Source: Mobula hypostoma (taxonomy: Eukaryota). Taken from it: a stretch of 64,000 bases of DNA. This document shows positions 40,990-51,459 of the stretch, one piece after another. Positions within the stretch are counted from its first letter, which is position 1. The number at the start of each line of letters is the position of its first letter. Made by a program: the position numbers and the translations under genes. The stretch is taken from contig NC_086108.1 in the NCBI RefSeq assembly GCF_963921235.1, forward strand, positions 19,902,001 to 19,966,000, read 5' to 3'. The notes beneath the pieces are model-generated. The model did not search any database. It had not been told where the DNA came from and was given only the letters and a program-made list of their open reading frames with translations.

Positions 40990-41323
40990 CTAGTTTAAAG
41001 TCACCTCAGTAGCCCCCGCTAATCTCCCTGCCAGGATATTGGTCCCCCTAGGATTTAAGTGTAACCCGTCCTTTTTGTACAGGTCACACCTGCGCCAAAA
41101 GAGGTCCCAATGATCCAAAAACTTGAATCCCTGCCCCCTGCTCCAATCCCTCAGCCACGCATTTATCCTCCACCTCATCGCATTCCTACTCTCACTGTCG
41201 CGTGGCACAGGCAGTAATCCCGAGATTACTACCTTTGCGGTCCTTTTTCTCAACTCCCTTCCTAGCTCCCTATATTCTTCTTTCAGGACCTCATCCCTTT
41301 TCCTACCTATGTCATTGGTACCT
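40990..41323 (-). CDS. CR1 ORF1 C-terminal SGNH/GDSL esterase-like domain fragment
   Basis: IGTNDIG (block III) and DGLHLN (block V, DxxH). Confidence 0.85.
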
Positions 41324-41893
41324 ATCTTTACTAGTAGGGTGTAATTCCCTCCAGACATCTATAATTCCCAACTCTTCCATCAATGAATTCACTTTCCGAG
41401 TCAGAGGTTTATTCTGAGTAACTATTCTTGAAGAATCTAATATAGGATTTAATCTAATATTAAAATCCCCTCCACAAATTACTACCCCTCGAGAACTGAC
41501 CATTAGGTCAAAAATGTGTCTATAAAATGACCATTCACTACCTGGAGGAGCATAAACATTCAGCAATGTTATTTCTGTACCTTCTATTCTTCCTGTGATT
41601 TTTACAAACCGTCCTTCTTTGTCTCTAGTCTCTGAAATATGTTCATAATTAAGAGTACTTGATATTAAAGTAGCTACCCCTCTTTTGTGACTCAATTTAT
41701 ATGATGAATAAAATATATGCTTAAAGCCCATTCTTTTTAATTTTCCATGTTCAGATTGGCTCATATGTGTTTCCTGGAGGAAAGCTATTTGTGCCCTCTC
41801 TTTTTTCAATTTAGACATAATCTTATTTCTTTTAATTGGATTCAAAACCCCATTAACATTATAGGGAATTATTTTTACCAATTCAGTTTGCAT
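41324..41893 (-). CDS. L1 ORF2 N-terminal APE endonuclease (first 190 codons, cut by CR1)
   Basis: YNVNG, FLQETH, NVYAPP, GGDFN and DVWR motifs. Confidence 0.9.
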
Positions 41894-42255
41894 TTTTCTC
41901 TAGTAGAAAAAAAGCACTCTCCTTTTCTAACCAAACAGTAAGCAATCCCTTCTCAACAGTAAACCAAGACATATAACCACACCCTAGACATTTCTGAACG
42001 TATAACATTTGAAAATTTTTCCCGACTTCACACAGTGAGGCCTGAGCACCGACCCGCCTCAGTTCAGAGGGATAACCTCTATCTTCACCCTGTGTTAGAG
42101 GGCCCTCAGCAGTTTGAATAATCATAGAGACTTTTCTCCTATTTATGTCTCGACCATATTGCTATCATTCAAGTTATTCCGCCTAGTTTATTTTCAGTTA
42201 CCAGTTTTCATTTTACTTTTAAGTCCGATTTACTCTTTTCAGTCATTTCTCTTAA

Positions 42256-43242
42256 TTAATCTGTATTCTCTGTACATTCGCGTCTGAATATTTGCAGCTT
42301 TTCCTTGTAGTTTGACACTCTGGTTCGAGTGGAGCGTCCTCGCCCCACTAACTGCCACGACTTCTGCCGAATCCTCTCCAGTAGCGACTCTGGTTGGGTG
42401 ATAACTTTAATAGGTAGTCCCCGGTCCGCCAGGTCCAACGTTGCCTCCTCTACCGTAGCGTAAGTTTTTGTCCCTTCGTCGTAAAAGACTCTCAGCCGAG
42501 CTGGATACAGGGTCTGGAATCTGATGTTGTTTTCCTTCAGGACTCTCCGTGTTTCCGTATATTCCTTCCGTCTGGCAAGAATCCCCGGTGCGTAGTCGCG
42601 GTCTAAACTGATTTTGCAGTTGTTCCACATGAAACCTTTCTTTTGCCATGCTCTTTTAAGCACCTCTTCCTTCGTTCTGTAACTGAGAAATCTGATCAGA
42701 ATCGATCTGGGCTGGGCGCCTGCCGGAGGCTGTGGTGCCAACGCGCGGTGAGCCCTTTCTATCTGTAGGTCTTTTGCGGCCGGTATATCAAGGTTCTCTC
42801 TAAGCAGCTTCTCCACGAAGGGAATCATCAATCCGGGTTTACCTTCGGTTCCTTCGGGAACTCCGTAGATCCTCACATTTTCCCTTCTTGAGCGGCCTTC
42901 TTGATCTATTAGTTTCCACTGGAGCTGGTCTTGTAGCTTCAGCATTTCTGCTATCACTTCCTCGGCGTTTTGTAGCTTCTCTTCAATTCCAACAATCCTC
43001 GCTTCGGCTTCATCTATCCACGAATTAGTTTTTACTATTTCTCCTTTAATATCTTCCAGCTGTTTGCTGTTATCTTGTCGGAACTCGCGAATCTCTCCGA
43101 GAATCAAAGACAGAGTCACCGATTCCCCCTCATTATCTCCGTCCTGGCTTGCCGTGGGGGAGCTAGGCCCGTCGCCTTGCTGCATCCCTTTATGTTTATC
43201 AGCCTTCGAAGCGGACTTTTTATTCTTGTTCTTAGACATCAT
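42256..43242 (-). CDS. Intact L1-type ORF1p, 328 aa
   Basis: Coiled coil, EGRSRRENVRIYGVPEG, IERAHRAL and YPARLRV motifs; no stops. Confidence 0.92.
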   Translation of the reverse strand: MMSKNKNKKSASKADKHKGMQQGDGPSSPTASQDGDNEGESVTLSLILGEIREFRQDNSKQLEDIKGEIVKTNSWIDEAEARIVGIEEKLQNAEEVIAEMLKLQDQLQWKLIDQEGRSRRENVRIYGVPEGTEGKPGLMIPFVEKLLRENLDIPAAKDLQIERAHRALAPQPPAGAQPRSILIRFLSYRTKEEVLKRAWQKKGFMWNNCKISLDRDYAPGILARRKEYTETRRVLKENNIRFQTLYPARLRVFYDEGTKTYATVEEATLDLADRGLPIKVITQPESLLERIRQKSWQLVGRGRSTRTRVSNYKEKLQIFRRECTENTD

Positions 43243-43929
43243 CCTTGCCCCTTTTATTAATATAGTTATGCAATATTAAGTATTTGTCTAAATTCGATTT
43301 TGGGGCAGTTTACCTTCTGTTTTGTCGAGAGACCTTTTCCTTACGCCGCCATTCCCTTGATGACCCGGAAGTCAAATAAATTCAAATTCAATACATAATA
43401 AATACTTTACTAACATGTTAGAGAAAACTTCACACCCTATTTTCATTAGAACTGGCAAAGAACAGCAAGATTGTTCCAATCCAAATACTGATGAGGGAAC
43501 TGCATGAAGCTATATTGTTAACTAACTTTTTAATTGAGATACAACAGAGCTCTTCATTATGAATACATTGATTGGCATAATTTTAATGCGTTGTGAGATA
43601 GACAATGCTCTCAGATAAGGTTGTTGTTAAGACTTTATATTTTGCCTTCCCCCTCTCCATTCTTGCGCTCCTGGGTATTGTAGATTTCATGCCATCGTAT
43701 GAAAACTTAAACATTGATGGGAAAGAGACACAAAGAAACATGTGCTGCTTTATATTGTAATACATGTGCAACCCTGGTGCAAGGCCTGTCTTTATCCTAT
43801 TCTAATCACTCAAAATTAATGAGTCTATCTAAATGTCTCAAATGATAAGGAAGCAATTCACCATTATAAGTGCATTGATTACTTCATTTCCCCCCAATTG
43901 TAACATGGTATTGTATTGCATCGAACAAT

Positions 43930-44110
43930 ATTGCTGGAGGTTCTCAGGGGTCAAGCAACATCTGTGGTGATAAATTGAGAGTCATGGTCCCTTCATCTGG
44001 ACCTACTTGAAACGTTGAGACTAGATTTTCCTGTATGTCTGCTGCTTGACCTATTGAGTTCCTCCAGTAGGCTGCTTTTTTTTGCTCTAGATTTCAGCAT
44101 CTACAGTCTT
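43930..44110. repeat. Palindromic pair of Penelope terminal-repeat remnants
   Basis: tgctggaggttctcagggggtcaagcaacatc is mirrored by gctgcttgacctattgagttcctccagtag. Confidence 0.72.
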
Positions 44111-44559
44111 TCATGTCCCCACTGTGTTATGTTATGCATTTATTAATTAAGCCATTGCCCAGAAATTCTTTTCCCTGTTCCTTTGGTTAATTCTCTCCAG
44201 TTGTATGGAAAGATTTTTACCCTGCAAGACTTTGCTAGTAATATTCTCAGATGAGGGTCACCTTAATAATTGCATCTACATTGTGTAAATGATGCATGTG
44301 AAATCACATCAAGATTTGGTGATGCAAAGTTTGTTTCACTCTTAGCAGTTTGGTTGATGGGATAGGAGTTCATGCTCCATTTCAGAACTCGAATTATAAC
44401 AGGCTGAATGATGTGAATATCCTGCGGCATTATATGGAGTGTAGTATTGATTCCTTTCAGTCATCTGGTCAACACTCATCCCTCTACAACAACAAAAGCA
44501 GACTAAAGCCAATTAACATACATCTTTGGGATTTGACTATGCATAAAATGATTCTAAAG

Positions 44560-45210
44560 TGCCTGGTATGGAAACACCAATGTCCTTGAATAGAAAATCA
44601 TATAAAATCATATATGCAAACATAAGGAAATCTGCAGATGCTGGAATTTCAAGCAACACACATAAAAATTGCTGGTGAACGCAGCAGTCCAGGCCATATA
44701 TGATATAAAATCATATATGGTTCAGTCTATCATGGGTAAAACCCACCTCACAGCGACATCCATCATTAGTGATCCCCACCCAGGTCATGTTCTCTTCTTG
44801 CTGTTGCCATCAAGAAGAAGGAGGTACAGGAGCCTCAAGACCCACACCACCAGGTTCAGGAACAGTTATTACCCCTCAACCGTCAGGCTCTTGAACCAGA
44901 GGGGATAACTTCATTCAACTTCACTTGCCCCGTCACTGAACCGTTCCCACAACCTATAGATTCACTTTCAAGGACTGTTTATCTCATGTCTTCAATTTTT
45001 ATTGCTTATTTATTTATTATTATTATTTCCTATTTTTCTTTCTTTTTGTTTTTGCACAGTTTGTTGTCTTTTGATCACTGGTTGTCTGCCCTGTTGGTGC
45101 AGTCAGTCCTTCATTGAATCTGTTGTGGTTATTGGATTTATTGGGTATGTCCATAAGAAATAAAGTGACTTGCATGTACTCTAATAATAAATTTACTTTG
45201 AACTTTGGAA
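44560..45210 (+). mobile_element. Rex1/Babar-like 3' end with an 86-bp Penelope terminal fragment inserted at 44617-44702
   Basis: HVLFLLLPSRRRRYRSLKTHTTRFRNSYYP and an aataaatttactttgaactttg tail. A 17-bp duplication ATATAAAATCATATATG lies at 44600-44616 and 44703-44719. Confidence 0.8.
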
Positions 45211-46129
45211 TATAATGTGGATGTTCCCCAAAACTTCTAACTGCTCATTGTTAGATTTTCACAGTGCTAATTAGGTAAAGGTACAGATGATATGTAATAA
45301 ATTTGCAGTTCTGTGAATTTGTTCCTCAATTCTGATTAGCTGATCTTAGCTCAGACAGCTGTTAGCCTAAATATGCCAGCTCAGAGTAAAATACTTGTAT
45401 AATAATAGCTATGGGCGAATTGCCATGAACTTCATGGCAATGAAACATAGTAAGGTTCAATAGCTAAAAGAGAAGAAACAAAACTGGTGGAAACTCAAAA
45501 TATTCCATTGTTCTGGTGCATATACTATTTTTTATTTTTCTTATTTTTCCTTTTCCTAAGGAAGTTTATTCAGTAAGTCTGTTGTACATGATGCATTAAT
45601 GGAGTTACAGGAGTACTTACTGTTTCTTACCTGCCTAGCAGTCTAGCCTTTTTTAAGTATCTATTATATGCCATCTCTTCTGTGGCATAGCAAGTGTGAA
45701 TTTCAAAAGTTAATTCCATTTTTGCGTACTGCTTTTGCTGTTCTTGAGCTGGGTATCTAGGTTTGCAGATGTAAAATCTGATAATTGTTCCCCAGGTTTG
45801 TTTTCAGATTTTTTTCAATGTTCTTTTCTCATTGTATGGTCATGGTCAGATGTGGCAGTTTAACAAAAAAACTGAAATTAACTGTTGACTATGACATTGT
45901 AGCCAGAGGTCATATTGCTGTATTGGTGGATAATGCTTATAAACTCTGGTCATTTCATGAACACCACTATTGTGATCTCAATAGCATATATTTGCTCTTC
46001 CACCCTTCACTGATTGATCCTTTGTGGTTGAACACTAAAGTAGATTGTACCAGATAACAATCAGTCATTTTGTGGTTCACTGTCAGAGCAGAGTATGAAA
46101 GTATTTTTAAAATGTTACTTTAAGGCTCA

Positions 46130-46280
46130 CAAACAAGAGCAAATCTGAAGATGCTGGAAATCCTGGTAACACAAACAAAATGCTGGAGGAACTTAGCAGG
46201 CCAGGCAGCATCTAGGAAAAAGGTACACATGACGTTTCGGGCTGAAACCCTTTGGGAAGACTCGAAACGTCAACTGTACT
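46130..46280. repeat. Penelope terminal-repeat remnant with inverted hammerhead-like half
   Basis: gatgctggaaatcc...gacgtttcgggctgaaaccct...cgaaacgtcaactg. Confidence 0.75.
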
Positions 46281-46642
46281 GTTATTTTAAGTCTTCTGTC
46301 TGTTATCCTTTGTATCCTTCTGGCTATTCTTTCTATAATTGTGTCAATGAACACTATCAGTGATTATCCTGAGTATGTGCTAAAGGGAATTCATTGATAA
46401 AGTGACTTGTTCTATTTCTGTCTGCAATCCACACTAGCGCTCTTCTGTTCCACCTTCTTGTATGGATTTTGAGCTGCTTGATGATGGATTTTGCAGTAAG
46501 GTGTTGTGACTGGGGCAAGTAACCTGCCATAGATTTGTGTATTGTTTCAAAATGATGGAAAATTAATATTAACGTTGCACAGTGTTGAACTGATTGCAAA
46601 TGATGTGTAAATTTGATAAGAAATGTTCTTTTCTTTTCTCAG

Positions 46643-47216
46643 GTGTATCAGTGTCTGCCCAGGAGAGATCAGAATGGATGTCACGAGCCGATGTACGCTC
46701 GGCGATCCCAACAAGCTGCCTGAGGGTGTACCTCAACCAGCTAGGATGCCATTTGTATCAGACAAGCATCCCCGACAGACTTTAGAAGTGATTAATCTTC
46801 TGAGGAAGCACCGGGAACTCTGTGATGTGGTACTGGTTGTGGGTGCAAAAAAGATTTATGCACATCGAGTTATCTTATCTGCCTGCAGCCCTTACTTCCG
46901 AGCCATGTTCACTGGTGAGCTTGCAGAAAGCCGGCAAACGGAGGTAGTGATTCGTGACATCGATGAGCGAGCTATGGAGCTTTTAATTGACTTTGCATAC
47001 ACGTCTCAGATAACAGTAGAAGAGGGGAATGTACAGACCTTGCTGCCAGCAGCTTGCCTCCTGCAGCTGGCTGAGATCCAAGAGGCCTGCTGCGAGTTCC
47101 TGAAAAGACAACTTGATCCCTCCAACTGCCTAGGGATCAGAGCTTTTGCTGACACCCACTCCTGCAGAGAACTGCTCCGCATTGCTGACAAATTCACTCA
47201 GCACAACTTCCAAGAG
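46643..47216 (+). CDS. KLHL20: KLHL20 exon encoding the BTB domain and start of BACK (574 bp; first in-frame ATG at 46674)
   Basis: [26 protein letters not shown]...[31 protein letters not shown]...FTQHNFQE is near-identical to human KLHL20 as recalled. Acceptor ttctcAG at 46641-46642; donor GTAAGG at 47217. Confidence 0.97.
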
Positions 47217-48134
47217 GTAAGGGCTAATGAAAAGGGACAAGGTTCACATTTTCTCTGTGCATTTAAACTTAAGTAGTGGCCCCCATGACACTGCCGCATT
47301 TGTTCCATGTTCACAATTGAATGTTCATGGTGCAGTAAAATTGGTTGTTGTCAATTTAATTATTTTGAAATCAATTTTTGCTTGCAACTTTTAATGGTAA
47401 GTAGGTGAGGTAATAGAATTATTTTATTTCTTGGAAAATGGAAGCTGAAGAGTGACTTGTGAATGTATAAGAATGGATCTCTTGAATATCTACTAGATAT
47501 TTCTGCCAGTGATTTTCAATGGTGGAAGCCCCTGCACAGTGGTGGTGGCTGGGATCTTCAGAAAATTGATCCAGTCCATGCCACCAGATTTGCTGTACTA
47601 CATGCATCTCAACTAGTTAACATACTGCACTGAACATGTTTTGACAATAATAGAGTATAGGCATGCTTTTGTGATTTCAGATAGTTCCCAGACATGGCTA
47701 TGCCTCTGATTTATTATTTTAAGGCAGTGATGAGCGAACACCGTTCAGTTTCTGATTAGGGAAGGGAATTTAAAGGTTTTGTTATCTGGGTATTTGGGTA
47801 ACCTTTGAGTAGTGCAAAGCATTCCTTTGCCATAAGCTACCTACGTTGCATAATGTCTGGTTAGTGGGAAATGGAGAGGAATTGGAAATCATTGTATCTA
47901 TTAAATTCCATTGCATTTCTCTGCTTTCCATTATATAAAAGCCTTATTTAAAATCTGCAGAAATCAAAAACGAGTATCTCACTTGAAAAGAATTACTCTC
48001 CTCTTGTCTCTTGACATAAGCTATTCATAAAATACCCATTGAGTTTGTTCTCCTTTCCTTTCTGAATCAAGCCTTCACACATGTTGGTAGGACAATGGTG
48101 TCTTGCTCAAATGACCATTCTTTATATGTGATAA

Positions 48135-48445
48135 AGATTAAAGATTATTTGTCACATGTACGTCGAAGCATACAGTGAAATGTGTCGTTAGTGTCAATAA
48201 TCAACATAGACCGAGGATGTGCTTGGGGCAGCATGCAAATGTCTCTGTGCTTCCATTGCTAACAGCGTGGTCACAATTTACCAACCCTAACCCATATGTC
48301 TTTGAAATGAGGAAACTGGAGCACCGGGAGGAAACATTGCCTTCAATGGGAGAATGTGCAAACGCCTTACACTGGTGGGAATTAAACCCCAATCGTGATA
48401 ACTGGCATTGTAAAGCATTATGCTAACTGCTAAGCTATCATGTGC
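48135..48445 (-). mobile_element. Degraded V-SINE-like element
   Basis: Degenerate tRNA-like head at ~48440-48370 on the minus strand and V-domain-like gtctttgaaatgaggaaactggagcaccgggaggaaac. Confidence 0.6.
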
Positions 48446-48562
48446 TACAATGCAAATCAAGCTTAAAGTTTCTTAAACATATGTGTTTCCTTCTCCATTA
48501 AAAGCTATTAGAGAACAGGAAAAGGGTATGTTTTGTGGCTAAGTCGAGCACGAGCAAGAATA

Positions 48563-49846
48563 CAGGTTTCCCCCGCTATCTGAAGGTAGAGCGTTCCTAT
48601 GAGACGGTTCATAAGCTGGAATGTCGTAAAGTGAATAAGCAATTACCATTTATTAATATGGGGAACAATCTTGAGCATTCCCAGACCAAAAAAAACCTAC
48701 AAAATCATGCCAAATAACACATAAAACCTAAAATAACAGTAACATATAGTAAAAGCAGGAATGATATGATAAATACACAGCCTATATAAAGTAGAAATAC
48801 TTTTCTGCAGCACTGTCTAGAGCAGCGAAAATCTCGCGGAAGCGCTCTTGGCAGAAACACTTTCTCCAGTAACCTTTAAGTGATGAAGCTGCCAAATCAT
48901 ACCAAGTAACACATAAAAATACACAGCCTATATGAAGTAGAAGTAATGTGTGTACAGTGTAGTTTCACTTACCGGAATTGGGAAGACTCCAATAAATTGC
49001 AGTTTCGTCACAGTTAAACACTTGCTTATACGAATAACCACGTGACGCAATCGGCAATCGCCTCTGATCTGGGCCGACATTTACGTGCCAGGTGGCACCT
49101 AATTAATTAGCTTGTTTATTTTGGCTTTTTTCTTAAAGATGTGCTGGGTGCGGCCCGGAGGTTAGGGACCACTGCTTAAACTATGAAGCTGCCCTCGCCT
49201 CAGAAGCCGATCAAACCACCCATGACTACCTTTAAATTCCACTTTCGCAACACTTTCATCACCATTGTCCAGTGCTTTCTGTTTCAGCTTATCAAAAAGA
49301 CTGACCGATTTCTCCTTAAGTATAAAAAAAATTTAACAGAACACCATGTTTTGTACACCCATCAATCCACTCAAGCAATAGACTTTCCATTTTATCCGTT
49401 ATTGGATGCCGATTAAGAGAGACCACTTTGCTAAGAGTAGTACCAACAATAACATTGGCAGCTTTCAAAGTTCTTCCTCTCTGCGTAGAAATAGTGCGAA
49501 TGGTGGATGCAGGCAAGTTCAACGCGTGGAGAATGTCCTTACTTCGTTCACCATGATCGAAACGCTTAATTATGTCCAGTTTTACTCTAAGTGTAACACC
49601 CTTACGAGCTCTTTTAGGCTTTTCCGATACCTTAGAATTCATCTTGATAACGGATGCACAAAATAAATCGAGTTAAAGTACGTGTTTAAACAATGGCGGC
49701 TAGAATGCAGTTCCGGGGGAGGAGCTTGACTGCCTTTTTTCGTAACAGTGAAAACACCTTCTGTTAGCGAAAACAGGTAATTAATGTAGGTCTTTCGTAA
49801 CAGAGAGGTGTCATAAAGCAAACGTTCGGAAAACGGGGACCACCTG
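48563..49846 (-). mobile_element. Internally deleted Tigger/pogo DNA transposon
   Basis: TA|CAGGTTTCCCCCGC...CGGGGACCACCTG|TA ends. CENP-B-type HTH remnant RARKGVTLRVKLDIIKRFDHGE...LNLPASTIRTI at 49316-49642. Confidence 0.88.
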
Positions 49847-50189
49847 TATCTCCATGGAATAACTTTTAGAATTTTTATCCCCCATCTGTATTGCTGTGGT
49901 TGAGATAAGTCTACAGGGACTAATTCCCTATTGTGGAATCTTCTTGAAAATAGTTCATCTAGCCTTGAGTGAAGGAAATAGAAGCTCTTGTGACAATACC
50001 TTTGATTTAGGGTTAAATACCGAGCAATCCTCCTTCTGGTCATAGTATTTCTAATTGATTACAAAGGGGCCATTTTGGTACTTTTCTGTATTTCAAGTCT
50101 CATGATCAATCATTTAGTCTTTGAATTCTGAATAAATGATTTCTTGATATATTAGCCATTTTAATTTAGTTTGCAGCTGATAGGCTGCT

Positions 50190-51090
50190 GCAACACACAA
50201 GATGCTGCAGGTACTCAGCACACCAGGTAGCATTTATGGTAAAGAGTAAACAGTTAAAGTTTCAGGCCAGGACCCTTCATTAGGACTGGAAAGGAGAGGG
50301 AGAAGTCAGAGTAAGACGGTGGGGGGGGGGGGGAGGAAGAAGTACAAGTTGACAAGTGATAGATGAAACTGGGAGAGGAGAAGGGAGTGAAGTAATGAGC
50401 TGGGAAGTTGATAAAGAACTGGAGAAGGGGAAATCTGATAGGAGAGGACAGAGACTACAAAAAGCGGGATCTCCCGAGGGCCACCCATTTACCATTTCAA
50501 TTCTACTTCCCATTTCCACTCCAACATGTCAGTCCAGGGCCTCCTCTACTGCCATGATGAGGCCACACTCAGGTTGGAGGAGCAACACCTTCTATTCCAT
50601 CTGGATAGCCTCCAACCTAATGGCATGAACATCGACTTCTCGAATTTCCAGTAATTGCACCCTCCCCCCAGGTTAGAGAGGGAAACAGGAATGGAAATGG
50701 TGAAGGGGGGCCTCCCCCTTCACATTCGCCATTCCTGTTGCCTCTTTCACCTTATCTACTTACCTGCCCATCACCTCCCTCTGTGGTGCTTCTCCACCTT
50801 CCCTTTCTTCCTGGTTTTCTCCCCCTCTTCTATTTAGATACCCCTTTGTCTTTCACCAGTCACCCCCCACTCCCCCTCTCCTGGTTTCACCTATCACCTG
50901 CCATCTTATACTTTTTCTTCCCCTCCCCTGACCCAACCTCCTTACTCTGACTTCTCCCCTTGCTTTGCAGTCCTGATGAAGGGTCTCAGCCCAAAGCATT
51001 GGCTGTTTACTCTTTTCCATAGACGCTGCCTGGCCTGCAGCATTTTGTGTGTGTCCCTTCAATTTCCAGCATCTGCAGATTTTCTTGTGT
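50190..51090. mobile_element. Penelope-derived palindromic element (inverted terminal repeats around a 3' coding remnant)
   Basis: 50190-50460 is the imperfect reverse complement of ~50820-51060. The centre encodes a Penelope C-terminal-like RLEEQHLLFHLDSLQPNGMNIDFSNF. Confidence 0.78.
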
Positions 51091-51459
51091 TGAAGATAGG
51101 CTACTGCTCATTTCTAGCATTTGAGTACTTGTTGCAAATAAAGATAGGTGGGGTTATGTGGAGAAATGAGTAGCTGCTTGCAGATGACTCTTTTTGAAAA
51201 GGTCAGCTTTCAATCTGCAGTTGGATCAGTCCCAATGTTTAGATATTTTGAGGCCTGTGGTATATTTTCATTAAGGGTAAATGTTATTACCACTGCTGAT
51301 ATGTGGAACTCACATTTTGTAAGATCTTAAAATGATGCCTTTGGTAATGAGTTGGCCTGGATAACGTGCAGGTTCGTGCTGTATTTGGAAGTACTGATGC
51401 TTGCTTTTTTTTTGAAAGATGATGATTTGATACTTAATGCAGGATTTATGAATATTTGG

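Larger units (their letters stand above)
37887..41323 (-). mobile_element. Young, nearly intact 5'-truncated CR1 LINE (end of ORF1 plus complete ORF2)
   Basis: ORF2 spans 40984-37985 (3000 nt) with one TAG at 40658-40660. (TTTCTATG)n tail at 37887-37910. Confidence 0.96.
36485..43373 (-). mobile_element. L1/Tx1-like element with both ends intact and a 16-bp TSD; ORF2 lacks RT through internal deletion; interrupted by CR1
   Basis: TSD AAATAAATTCAAATTC at 36469-36484 and 43374-43389. Poly(A) tail appears as a T run from 36485. 5' end is GACTTCCGGGTCATCAAGGGAATGGCGGCG. Confidence 0.95.

Noticed and set aside
41312..41358. Apparent overlapping ORFs 40990-41358 and 41312-41893
   Set aside because: The overlap is an artefact of the L1/CR1 junction at 41323/41324.
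46594..46642. ORF-track N-termini upstream of KLHL20 exons (also 57548-57634) and the C-terminal run-ons
   Set aside because: Intronic sequence and polypyrimidine tracts outside the AG/GT boundaries.
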